From the NCBI GenBank assembly GCA_964016885.1, contig OZ024740.1, positions 402,876,001 to 402,940,000 of the forward strand: 64,000 nucleotides of DNA, read 5' to 3'. A program made the translations under genes and the position numbers. Shown one piece after another: positions 42,585-56,181 of this stretch (positions within the stretch are counted from its first letter, which is position 1; each line of letters begins with the position of its first letter). The stretch is from Eledone cirrhosa. Taxonomy: Eukaryota. The notes beneath the pieces are model-generated. The model searched no databases. It was not told the origin of the DNA and saw nothing but the letters and a program-made list of their open reading frames with translations.

Positions 42585-42895
42585 TAGTGACGAAACATAA
42601 GTCAATTGCATGAACTCATAATCCTTTATTTACTGCTATATATATTTCGATGATAGCCATGACCTCATCAGGCTGTTAGTAAGTTCTTAGATATGTCAGC
42701 TCTGTGTTTATGGTGTTGATGATATCAGAGCCTTGGGACATATTACAACATTATGTTTTCCTGTTTTTTCTGTTCAAGTTCTGACTGCCTGATGAGGTCA
42801 TAGCTGTTGAATAATGGCTATCACTGAAATATATATAGCAGCGAATATGAGTAAACGAAGCTAATTTTACGCTGTTGACTTACACTTCTTGTTTT
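42585..42895. mobile_element. Fold-back insert with hammerheads at 42632-42675 (-) and 42784-42842 (+)
   Basis: ACTGC-CTGATGA-GGTcATAGC...GCTAT..-GAAATATATATA|GCAG; same family at 62608-62772. Confidence 0.75.
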
Positions 42896-43043
42896 ATATA
42901 TATAGTGAAACTACACACCGATTGGTCGAAATACAGTTTGCAAGATTTAGCATTCTGGAGCCACTTTTCACTGTATATAAGGCACAAAATTTACCCATCT
43001 CATTACAGTTGAAAATTGCAAACTTGACTGTCACTACACAATA

Positions 43044-43082
43044 TGAACCTGAAGATTGCGAAAGCATGAAAGTACTTGTTCA
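43044..43082 (+). ncRNA. Minimal type I hammerhead (copies at 13136-13174 minus and 49906-49944 plus)
   Basis: TGAAC-CTGAAGA-tTGC GAAA GCAt-GAAAGTACTT|GTTCA; GNRA-capped stem II, palindromic AAGTACTT stem III. Confidence 0.8.
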
Positions 43083-44118
43083 ATTAACACTTAACATTAA
43101 TATTCTACCATACTATTTCATTCTAATATCATTATAAATTTTAAAGGATTGTAAATAAAACGAGTAAATCAGACAAAGTTGGAATTCCTTTTATTAATAT
43201 AATCTTCTATACACAATCATACACACCCGTGTATATTTATCTATCTATCTATATATAGCCGTCGGGGTCCTACTCGTTCCTATTATCCACTCTACTACCC
43301 TAAGTATTGAGTACTTTGGTGCGTTATGGTCCACCTGGTTCCTTACCACATTTCCTTCGTTATCTATATATATATATATATATATATGGGGGGGGGGCTG
43401 TTTTTATGCTTATAATATTCAGCATAAGCACTTTCATTTTCATACAAATCTATATTTATTTGTTTGCCAAAACTAGCCCGTGCATTATAACATTTTATAT
43501 TCTATAATCCTTTGATTATCCACAAATCCACTAGCTTCTTGTATCGTATTCACATATATTCGCTTCTCTTCAATAAGCTTTACATCGGGCCAATGTTTTT
43601 TCTAGATATTGTCGGCAAATCTCCTTCACACACTTCTTACCGTTGCAAACAAGGTTACATTGGATAATGTTTTTTTAGATAGAAACACTATACCTAAAAA
43701 TACGCAGAGTGGTCATGGATGGAATGCGCTGGTCTAGGAGAAACAATAATAACAATAGCACCTGTATTTCGTTGCTACTCTATTTGTTCGCCTTTTTTTG
43801 CAGGCCTTTACTTATTTTATAGCAATTCTTTAATAGTTTAACACACGTTGTATAGATGTTCCCAATGACCATAGTTTGACATCTTTATGTGGATTTACGC
43901 ACTTATATATACCTACATATATTTACGTACTTATATATACCTACATATATTTACGTGTTATTTACAACTCTGTAAATGTATACACGCCTACTTACACAGA
44001 CACATACATACACATATAATACTTACATACAATATATATATATGTGTTTCTGTATTGGTGTGCTTCTCTGTCTGTGTCTGTGTGCCTGTATATAGATGTA
44101 TATAGATGTCGTTTATGT

Positions 44119-44153
<35 letters not shown>

Positions 44154-44164
44154 AATATATTGAT

Positions 44165-44860
44165 ATATTTGGGGAGGGTCATATTGTTATAATATTGCCA
44201 GAAATAATAACAGAACACTCACTGTTTGGTTTGGATTGGTTTTCGCTTCTGTATCTTTTATATCTCCATAGTTAATTTATTTGGCAATCAACGTTTATCA
44301 TTGATTGACCAACGGTTAAAAATACTGATATAAATATATATATATATATATAGTCTATCAAAGTTCTTTCGTCACACATCTGTGACATCATCAGTGGTAC
44401 TATTATGTTTCCTCCCGTTGTATTGTAATGTCTACGCCATTTTTATTCTATTTATTTATTTATTCTTGTCTCTGTCTCTGTTTGCGCATGTGTTTGCGTG
44501 TGTATTTTCTGTTTGGTGTGTGCGTGTTCGTGTTTGAGTCTATGTGTTTTTGTATTCTATTATTATTTCTGGCAATATTATAACAATATGAATGATGGTG
44601 GATTGGCAGTATAGGTAGAGCGTCAGAGACCATGCTTTGCAGCATAGTCATGGCCCTTTACTTCTGAGTTCAAATCCCGCCGAAGTTAACATTGACTTTC
44701 ATCCTTACAGGGTTGATAAAATAAAGAACCAGTAATGTAGTGGGTAATTGCTGGCCTTGTGCCAAAAGTACAAACGACTTTATAACAATATGACCCTCCC
44801 CAAATATAACAATATTTGATTCAACACACGATTTCATATCAAAAACATTGCAAAACAAAT
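44165..44860. mobile_element. Fold-back insert (18522/50140 family) interrupted by a SINE at 44597-44775
   Basis: ggggagggtcatattgttata / tataacaatatgaccctcccc ends; hammerhead core at 44356-44400 (-); tataacaatatga is duplicated on both sides of the SINE (TSD-like). Confidence 0.75.
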
Positions 44861-45773
44861 ATATATACTGTATACATATATATAAATATATATATATATA
44901 ACAAAGGAATTGTGGTAAGAAACCAGATGGACCATAACGCACCAGAGTACTCAATACTTAGGGTAGTAGAGTGGAAAATAGGAAAAAGTATGACCCCGAC
45001 GGCAGAGCTCAAGCCGTTTCGACGGCTATTTCTGGACTAAATTAGAATTTTTAGCCTGGTGAATAAATAGCCGAACTTTTCAAGGGGGTACTTCCTTATA
45101 TGGGAAGATTGTAATTGTCAAGAGGATTGGTTAAAATTTGTTGTAAACACAAATAAGTCTATCCTGGTATTTGGTGGGACGTAAGGGTGGCTGAACTTGC
45201 CTGTAGAACTATAGGGGTGTGAGTGGAGCGGTCAAGCGTTGAAAGTCATATGTATACAGCAGATTCTAAGGATAGTGTATGAAGTGGAGGAGGGAGGTTA
45301 TAGAATAGGTAAATCGAATGAGAGTATGAGACAATAAAAGATAATAGAAAGAAATTTTAAAAAAATATAAAATTAGATAGTGAGAAATGAATAAAAATAT
45401 CACATTGCTATCTTACAATTACAGGTTAATAAGTTGAGAATAGAAAAAACTTGTAGAAATTGAGTAGTACCAGAACTGATACAAAATTAAAGGGGTTTAA
45501 CACGTCTGCTATAAGTAGTTAGTAAAACGTATTCGGCCAATTCTATCTTAAAGTTACAGGGGTGGGGGAACTGATGCTAGAGAGGCCCAATGGGCTGCAT
45601 CGTGGTAGGCGAAAGGGGAAAAGCAGACGACCAAGAAAATAGGGGGTGGAAGGAAGTGATAGGATGAGGCAGGGGAAAGAAGAAGACAAAGAGGAAAAGA
45701 AAAGATATACATCTCCCTAAGTCAGCTGGGGTTTCCCCTAACTTATTCGGTAAGTGGGGGTATCAGCCCTTGT

Positions 45774-46730
45774 CTACCCACCCGGGTCGTTATGGGGTTT
45801 AAGGGCGAGGTAAGTCCTACGCAATCTGTGTTTAGATGCGGTTACCAGTTCGTCTTTCTTGTTTAGGAGTTGGTCCTTCGAAAACAGCATTTGTAATGTT
45901 TCCTCCGAGCATAAGTTACGCGGGCGGCGTCCTCCCGTGTGAGAGTTAGCTCTGGACAGTAAGCTCCAATTGAGATTGTAGGTTATATTATTATCTTGGA
46001 GGTCCCAGATGTCGCCCGAAAGTGTAGTGGCATGTCGCCGGACCGGGTTTCGGAAAGTATGTCGGTGTTGGTAGAGTCGGGTCTTGAAGTCACACGCGGT
46101 TAATCCTATATAAGCTTTGTTGGAGGTGTCCGTCCTCACGTTGCACTGGTAGATCACGTTACGTTCTCGGCATTTGTTGTTGAGGGGGCACGTAGATCTA
46201 TCAGGGCAGTTACACCTTCTGGTCGGCTCTCCACTGATGTCTAGGTTATTTCTTACATAAGGGTTGAGTTTTTTGTTGTTTGAGGAGACGATATTTTGTG
46301 CGAAGTTAGGTGTGGTGCTGTAGGAGAGTTTGATGGTGTTTTTGTTGATTATGTTGTGGTAGCGGTGTTGTAGTGGGAAGTGTTTTTCGAGGAGTCTAAA
46401 CAAGATTTTCCCGATAGGTGTTGCCACCTCGGCATTATGGGGTTGAACCACGTTACGTTGCGTGAGTGGCGGTGTCGCCTGCTGGTACCACTAAGGGAAC
46501 CTGGATAAAAGGATATTTCCTCCCGGAAGCCACTCCGCTTGAGGGCCTGGTTGTAATGAGGTGTGTGTTCGTCGAATATCTGCTCATTAGCGGAAAAACG
46601 AGATATGCGGAGGGAGATGTTTTTAACCAGGTTATTGGTGATGTTTCTAAGACGGTTAGAGCGGCGGTGGATGTAGTGCAGGTTGTCGTTTGGTTTCCTG
46701 TATGGGTAGTACACCTGTATTGGTAGTACA
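45774..46730 (-). pseudogene. PLE RT thumb, linker and GIY-YIG endonuclease (frameshift near 46440)
   Basis: YPYRKPND..., VTWFNP, KHFP..H, IKLSYS, CNCPDRSTCPLNNKC, VIYQCNV...AYIGLTACDFKTRLYQH. Confidence 0.9.
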
Positions 46731-47446
46731 CCTCGCCCTTAAAGCCCATAACGACCCGGGTGGGTAGACAAGGGCTGAAACCGCTCTACTTGCCGAATAA
46801 GTTAGGGGAAACCCCAACTTACTTAGGTAGATGTATTTCTTTTCTTTTCTTTTCTTCTTTGTCTTCTTCTTCCCCCTGTCTCATCCTATCACTTCCTTCC
46901 ACCCCCTATTGTCTTCCTCATCTGCTTTTTCCCTTTCTCCTACCCCGATGCAGGCCATCGGGCTTGTTCCTCCACCCCTGTAACTTTAAGATAGATTTGG
47001 CCGAATACGTTTTACTAACTACTTATAGCAGACGTATTAAACCCCTTTAATTTTGTATCAGTTCTGGTACTACTCAATTTCTACAAGTCTTTTTCTATTC
47101 TCAACTTATTAACCTGTAATTGTAAAATAGCATTGTGATTTTTTCTATTTATTTCTCACTATCTAATTTTATATATTTTTTTATTTATTTCTATTATCTT
47201 TTATTGTCTCCTACTCTCATTCGATTTACCTATTCTATAAGCTCCCTCCTCCACTTCATACACTATCCTTAGAATCTGCTGTATACATATGTCTTTCAAC
47301 GGTTTACCGCTCTACTCACTCCCCTATTGTTCTACAGGCAAGTTCAGCCACACCTACGTCCCACCAAATGCCAGGATAGACTTATTTGTGTTTACAACAA
47401 AGTTTTACCAATCCTCTTGACAACTACAATCTTCCCATATAAGGAA

Positions 47447-47550
47447 GTACCCCCTTGAAAAGTTCGGCTATTTATTCACCGGGCTAAAAATTCTAATTTA
47501 GTCCAGAAATAGCCGTCGAAACGGCTTGAGATCTGCCGTCGGGGTCATAC
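47447..47550 (+). ncRNA. Large type I hammerhead, U3:A8 variant, in pseudo-LTR (sense copy 44988-45091 on minus)
   Basis: ACCCC(C)-TTGAAAA-g..CGGCTATTT[GGGCTAAA/TTTAGTCC]AAATAGCCG..c-GAAACGG loop CCGTC|GGGGT. Confidence 0.75.
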
Positions 47551-47557
47551 TTTTTCC

Positions 47558-47615
<58 letters not shown>

Positions 47616-47687
47616 GGATGGTAGCTAAGATGCTTCCATAGGCGGTATGCCGGTTGAGCACTCTATGCTCTTACAGTGCAGAGTATG

Positions 47688-47968
47688 ATATAATATAAAA
47701 CGAAAAATCAGTGATGCATCTGAACTCAATTTATTGTGTGTTACAATTCTTTCGCCAGCGGAGAGCTCGAGACGCGATCATTGTGTGGAAGAATATGCTC
47801 CACAGTGGAAGAATATGCTCCGAAATCATTAGACGTGTCCGTCGAACGTGCGGGTCCAGAATCAGACAGATCCACACAATGATCGCGTCTCGAGCTGTCC
47901 GCCGGCGAAAGAATAAGAATTGTAACACACAATAAATTGAGTTCAGATGCATCACTGATTTTTCGTTT

Positions 47969-47978
<10 letters not shown>
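47688..47978. mobile_element. Fold-back insert, arms about 100 bp
   Basis: 47688-47789 is the reverse complement of 47871-47978; this explains the mirror ORFs MMHLNSIYCVLQF. Confidence 0.85.
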
Positions 47979-48016
<38 letters not shown>

Positions 48017-48018
<2 letters not shown>

Positions 48019-48212
48019 CGAAGGAAGTATGGTAAGGAACCAGGTGGACCACAACGCACCAGAGTACTCGATACTTTGGGTAATAGAGTGAGTAATAGGA
48101 AAATGTTCAGGACCCCGACGGCAGAGCTCAAGCCGTTTTGACGGCTATTTCTAGTCCAGAAACAGCCGTCGAAACGGCTTGATCTCTGCCGTCGGGGTCC
48201 TGAACATTTTCC

Positions 48213-48214
<2 letters not shown>
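48017..48214. mobile_element. Family A fold-back copy
   Basis: Same sequence as 44920-45035 plus an inverted arm; TA-flanked. Confidence 0.85.
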
Positions 48215-48298
<84 letters not shown>

Positions 48299-48344
48299 CA
48301 GAGAGGGAGAGAAGGATATATATATAGATATCTTTCTTTATTGA

Positions 48345-48424
<80 letters not shown>

Positions 48425-49035
48425 CTCAGAGTCCACTAGCTTATCAATGTTTTCTCCTCGATCTTCATAAAATCTTTAAACAATAGCTAGTAAATGGACA
48501 GTTTAGAATATCATATTTAATTGAAAAATGTACGCATTAATATCTGTTTTAATCTAATTATACTTGAAGAAATATCTGTGTGGCCACGTGCTCAGCGGCT
48601 ATTCACTAACTGTCCATTCCACAAAGTAGATTTTAAAAAGATAATAAATTGTCCACAAGTCTTGAAGGATTGATAACTCATTCGACCCATTTTTATAACC
48701 TGGTCACTTATATTTATCTGAAACCAAAACCAATTTGTGTAAATGGTATGCTGAGGTTGATTTAGATATTTTGAAATATGTTAGATATATTGCACGTCCT
48801 ATAGAGATAGATTATTTACATTTATTTACATTAATACTGGGAGCTATAGCTGTAATTACCGGTGGGAGTAATGGAAAAGACAACATTGTATTTTTCTTAT
48901 TCAATTTTCAATACATTTTTATAGTAAAAGCACTCGAAAGACTTTCCGATAGTAGAATCAAAAATGCATTTACATAGAACCGGTACTACATCAATTGACA
49001 TAACAAAATTTAGCTTAATATAAATTAAAGTGCTT

Positions 49036-49066
<31 letters not shown>

Positions 49067-49505
49067 TTGGGGGGGGGGGGGGGGTATAGTTTTTTTTCTG
49101 TGGCTAGGATGATATATCTAATATCTTGTGTATTTCTTTTTGTCACTGAAAGCCTATCTGTTTCTAGGTTAAAATTCGATGAAAGGATGACAGCCGTTCT
49201 TGAGCAATTTTGCAACTCAATAATGTCTGAATTCTGCCCCACTTTAAGAAACATCTTTTGTTTGCAACCAAAGTTGCAGCGAGGTTCAGGAAAAGTTTAA
49301 TTAATCTAATAATTTCAGATATTGCAGACAAGAAACCCAGTTTATGAATTAATTCTAAAATATCATTGCTTAATTTTCACATTTTAATGTCATTGTCATT
49401 ATACATGTACTTGAATTCATTTACCAAGGATTTGTACTGGTACAAAATGTTGCATAGGGAATGCATGCGGAACGATTTCAAACTTCTTCGCGCCAAGTAC
49501 TAGAA

Positions 49506-49589
49506 AATGGCTCGTCGGACCTCTGTGGTAGTAATGACAGAATGAATATTCGTTCTATCATTACTAACACAGAGGTCCAATGAGCCATT
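49506..49589. repeat. Isolated 84-bp imperfect palindrome
   Basis: aatggctc..ggacctctgtg.tagtaatga.agaatgaat|attcgttct.tcattacta.cacagaggtcc..gagccatt. Confidence 0.8.
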
Positions 49590-50097
49590 GATTACAGAAT
49601 CGGGCTAGATCGATACAGATCGAACCTTGAGTTGATCAATAGCGAAAAAGGCGTCACCAAACAATAAACGTAATTAAGAAGTAACCATTCGTCCTTTTTT
49701 TATTATATTACACCTCTGTCTAGCTCTACACCTCGACACAGAAGTGAACCTAAACATCGAGTGCTCACACGAGTGAACCTACAGTAACTCCACCTTACAC
49801 TCCCTGGATATATATATATTCATATATATTCAAATTCTGTGGTGACAGTCAAGTTTGCAATTTTCAACAGTTGAAAATTGCAAACTTGACTGTCACCACA
49901 AAATATGAACCTGAAGATTGCGAAAGCATGAAAGTAATTGTTCAATTAACACTTAACATTTAATATTCTACCATACTATTTCATGCTAATACCATTATAA
50001 TTTTAAAGGATTGTAAATAAAAAGAGTAAATCAGACAAATTTGGAATTCCTTTTATTAATATAATCTTCTAAACACAATCATACACACCAGTGTATA

Positions 50098-50139
<42 letters not shown>

Positions 50140-50146
<7 letters not shown>

Positions 50147-50610
50147 ATACTTGGGGAGGGTCATATTTGTGTAATAATATTGCCAGAATTAATAACAGAA
50201 CACACTCACTGTTTCGTTGGTTTTCGCTTCTGTGTCTTTTATATAACAGACTAAATAAAGATGGCGTAAGCATACAATGCAACGGGAGGAAACATAATAG
50301 CAACACTGACGATGTTGGAGATGTGCACCGAAAGAACTTTGATAGACTATATGTATGTGTTTGTGTCTATATTGTATCTGTATTATTTTTGACCGTCGGT
50401 CAGTCAATGGCAACATTGAGGACCGAATAAATTAGATTACCGATATAAAAGACACAGAAAGGAAAAGTGAAAACCAACCAAACAGTGAGTGTGTTCTGTT
50501 ATTAATTCTGGCAATATTACACAAATATGACTCTCCCCAAGTATAACAATATTTGTTTCGACACACGATTTCATATAAAAAACCTCGCAAAAATAATTCA
50601 TCGCCGTTAT
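50140..50610. mobile_element. Fold-back insert (18522/44165 family) with degenerate hammerhead at 50306-50340
   Basis: Inverted ~100-bp ends; CTGACGA...GAAAGAACTT. Confidence 0.75.
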
Positions 50611-50642
50611 ATATATATAATATATATATATATATATGTATG

Positions 50643-50702
<60 letters not shown>

Positions 50703-50712
50703 TGTATATATA

Positions 50713-53078
50713 TAAAAATACGTATTTAAGAAAGCCACAACAATGCAAAGGGAAATCTCGAGGTAGGAAGTGAAATATAGATAGGAAAAACAGGTGAAAG
50801 TGAAAGTTGAGAGAGACAAAGATGAAAACAAAACAAAGGTAGAAGGGTTACCGTAGTAGAGATTTAATCCCAATATTTCGGGCTCACGCCCATCAACGGG
50901 GGAAAAGTTCCAAAAGGGGGGAAAACAGGCCAAGCGGAGAAAGTGGTGATGTCGTTAAGACAGGAATGCCGTTATGGGGAGAAAAATATTTAAAATTTAA
51001 ACGAGGGAAAGAATGCGCGTGCGCGTGATAAGCTGTGGCAAAAGCTACTGACCAAATGGGTAAATCAAGAGGGTGCGTTAGCGTGTGAAAGCCGTAAGAT
51101 ATGTGTATGTAAATATATATGTGTGTGTGACTGTGTGTGTATAAGTGTAAGTGTGTATATGTGTGAGTGTGTGTGTGTGTGAAAGATAGTGGGCTGTAGA
51201 AGTTGGAAAACAAGGGTGTGAAAGGTGGTAGGTTGTAAAATATGTGTGCGTGTATAAATATAGATGTGTGTGTGTGTGTAAGCGTATGGGTATACATGTG
51301 TGTGTGTAACTGTGTGTGTATATCTTATATACGACATAGGTGCGTAGGCAATCTGCCCCCCGTATCGGGCAGTTGCTGAGGGAACACGTCCCATCTGCCT
51401 CGTAGGGTTTGTTGGAGAGGCATCTTCGCAGCGAAGGTCCTGTGTGGGCCAAATGTATGTCAAGTCCCTCCGTTCGCATGGCCCTGCGGATGGCGTTCGT
51501 GGTATATTCACTCAGGTGGGGGATTTTAAAGAAGCACCTGCTAATATTAAGTTTTCTAGTGGGTGTCAGTCTACTGGGTCTGGGGTCTCTAATTCCGTTA
51601 ATCAGTCGCTTGGGATAACCATTAGATCTGAGTAGATTACGGAATTGCGTGGTATGGGTGAGACCACCCATCGGGTCGCTGCATCTGTTAGTGATCCGTG
51701 TCAGTTCATTTAGGACATAGCCTCTCTTAGCGTTGTTGGGGAGGGCTGAGTTATAATGCACAAATAAGTCCTTGCACGCTGCTTTGCGGTAGAAAGTGGT
51801 GTTTATGTCTCCTTCTTCCGAGATGTTGATACGGAAGTCGAGGAGGGCGAGTGACCCGTCTTCTCCTGGGTGTTCGATGGTGAAATCGATGTGTTGGTCA
51901 GTATCGTTGAAGATTTGGTGAATTTCATTCGCCATCTCCCGGGAAGAAGTAAGTATCAGGATATCATCAACGTATCTGGAGTAGAAGGCGACGGGGTTGG
52001 GTTGGCAGGTATTGAGTGCCTTGCGTTCCAGGTGGTCCATGTACGAGATCGCAAGTATGCCGGACAGACTAGAGCCCATAGGTAGCCCAGAGATTTGTTT
52101 GTACATGTGGCCGAGGAAATTGAAGAGTGCATTATCCACAACGAAGGAGAGGAGTTGGTGGAAGTCCGTGTGTGTGAGTCCGAAGCAGTGAAGTTAGATG
52201 CTCGGACTCGTTCGGTCAACAGGTCGACAGCTGGGGATGCTGGTACGGAGGTATAAAGGGCGACCACATCAAGACTGAAGGCATAACCGTTGTCCTTTCT
52301 GGTGTTGGGCGCCAAATGGTGTAGTCGCTCCAAGACTTCCTTTGAGCTGCAGACGTGGGCTGGTAGTGTGTGTAGAATAGGTTTCAGTAGTGTGGAGAGC
52401 AGCCACGATATTTTATAGAGAGGGCCCTCCACGCTAGAGACAATGGGCCTGATTTTCAAATCGGGTCCTTGTTTATGTGTTTTGACCAGGTGGTAGAAGG
52501 TGGGTAATTTGCTGTTTCGAGTCATTATGTTGTTTTTTACCTTCTTTGGCAGTTTTCGTTGGACACAGATGTTAGTCCATATGGTGTTAATGCCTTCCTC
52601 GATTAGAGTCGAGGAGGTCCCTGTGACTTTCGAGTAGAGGCTGTGGTCATTAAGATGTTGGAGGGCTAAGTTGTTGTAGGTCTCTCTCGAGATGACACAG
52701 AATTCTTTGCCACAGCTTATCACGCTAACGCGCATTCTTTCCCTCGTTTAAATTTTAAATATTTTTCTCCCCATAACGGCATTCCTGTCTTAACGACATC
52801 ACCACTTTCTCCGCTTGGCCTGTTTTCCCCCCTTTTGGAACTTTTCCCCCGTTGATGGGCGTGAGCCCGAAATATTGGGATTAAATCTCTACTACGGTAA
52901 CCCTTCTACCTTTGTTTTGTTTTCATCTTTGTCTCCCTCAACTTTCACTTTCACCTGTTTTTCCTATCTATATTTCACTTCCTACCTCGAGATTTCCCTT
53001 TGCATTGTTGTGGCTTTCTTAAATACGTATTTTTACACATTTCACAATGCTTCAAGCAAACTTTAACACCCTCTTATG
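50713..53078 (-). mobile_element. Penelope-like element with ~330-bp inverted pseudo-LTRs in (TA)n
   Basis: 50713-51045 is the reverse complement of 52706-53035; RT lies between; TA flanks. Confidence 0.9.
51320..52735 (-). pseudogene. PLE reverse transcriptase, frameshifted near 52190, GIY-YIG lost after VVYKI
   Basis: FYHLVKTHK, IRPIVSS, FSLDVVALYTSVP, YKQISGLPMGSSLS, RYVDDI, LLDFRI, FYRK, CSLSNCPIRGADC..VVYKI. Confidence 0.92.
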
Positions 53079-53109
<31 letters not shown>

Positions 53110-53584
53110 AATATTATTCAAAATCTTAACAAATGAAAAATATTCGCATAATCAAAATATATACTTTATTATATATATTTCCAAGGTACTGTGCTGCTTT
53201 TTTCAGTACGTCCTCATCAGACAAAAACTCCAGCAAAACCCACTGTTGAGTGCTTCTAATATATTGTAAAACTGTATTCGTTGAGTAATCAACGAACCAT
53301 ATTAATTTTTTGTTATATATATGTATATATATATATATATGTATATAGAGAGAGGAGGTCAGCGTGTGAGTGTTAATGAGAGTTCCATAATGTACTCACA
53401 TATAGCTAGATCTTTTGGAAAAGGGAACATGAAATCATAATGTCCGAGACATATATACTTATATACATTCATATCTCTATTTCTCTTTCTTCCCCGCTCT
53501 CTTTCTCTCTTTACCTATCTATCTATCTATCTATCTATCCATCTATCTATAATCATATATATATATATGTGTGTATATATATAT

Positions 53585-53722
53585 AGGAAAATAGTCAGGA
53601 CCCCGACGGCAGAGCTCAAGCCGTTTCGACAACTATTTCTGGACTACCCACTCTACTACCCAAAGTAACGAGTACTCTGGTGCGTTAAGGTCCACCTGCT
53701 TTCTAACCATACTTTCTTCGTT
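53585..53722. mobile_element. Rearranged family A copy
   Basis: Inverted piece 53585-53645 joined to the forward 3' tail. Confidence 0.8.
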
Positions 53723-53739
53723 ATATATATATATATAAA

Positions 53740-54099
53740 TAAAATAACAGGAGGCTGGACTGGTGTAAATCCTTGAAAGGTTTATTATACTATGATCATT
53801 TCAATGACCTGGTTCCATATGAATCCGGTGATATCATCAGGTATTCGAAATATAACAAAGGAATATGTAAAAACCATGGGTCCGAAAAATCAGAGACGAA
53901 GAGGACGACTGACCAACTAGTTGCTTTCACCTCGGCCAGTCGCCCTCAAAGTGATGGCTATGATGGCTACTCGGTCTGCTAAGGACCACCTACTATACAA
54001 ACGAAGACGGGTGAACTGCACTACGTTGGGTACTCTCCACAATATAACACCAAGATTGACCATACCGAATTCTATCCAGTGGTGAACCAACAAACCTAA

Positions 54100-54100
<1 letters not shown>
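53740..54100 (-). mobile_element. Copy of the 3655-4110 family
   Basis: Reverse-complement similarity including tcatcag at 53834-53840. Confidence 0.7.
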
Positions 54101-54160
<60 letters not shown>

Positions 54161-54436
54161 GTCTATCTGTCTATCTATCTGTCTGTCTGCCGCCTATACG
54201 TGTTTGCGTATGTATGTGTAGCGTACAGTTCACTTGGCTGCCGTTTCTATGGAAAAGTATTTCTTTAATCTAGATGAACATCAACGGCATTAATATATCC
54301 GGCGTAAAAACAGCTGCTTTGTCCAGCGACTGACTTGGCCTATCAAGCTGGCCTCTTGTTATTAATACATCTCTGCCTATACAAATGTATAAATGCAAGC
54401 ATGCATACACACACATACACATATATAGATATATAC

Positions 54437-54469
<33 letters not shown>

Positions 54470-54536
54470 CATACAGATATATATATATATATATATATCG
54501 GTGTGTGCGTGAGTGTATGTATACATACACACACAT

Positions 54537-54653
<117 letters not shown>

Positions 54654-54654
54654 G

Positions 54655-56181
<1,527 letters not shown>

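Larger units (their letters stand above)
44920..47560 (-). mobile_element. 5'-truncated Penelope-like element (Naiad-like) with ~830-bp inverted pseudo-LTRs, inserted in (TA)n; source of family A
   Basis: 44980-45810 is the reverse complement of 46731-47560; a coding remnant lies between; (TA)n on both sides. Confidence 0.9.

Noticed and set aside
47711-47955. Two opposite-strand ORFs with identical N-termini
   Set aside because: A consequence of the DNA palindrome.
50607-53066. Duplicated ORF MACFPPFWNFSPVDGREP..
   Set aside because: Chance ORF within the inverted pseudo-LTRs.
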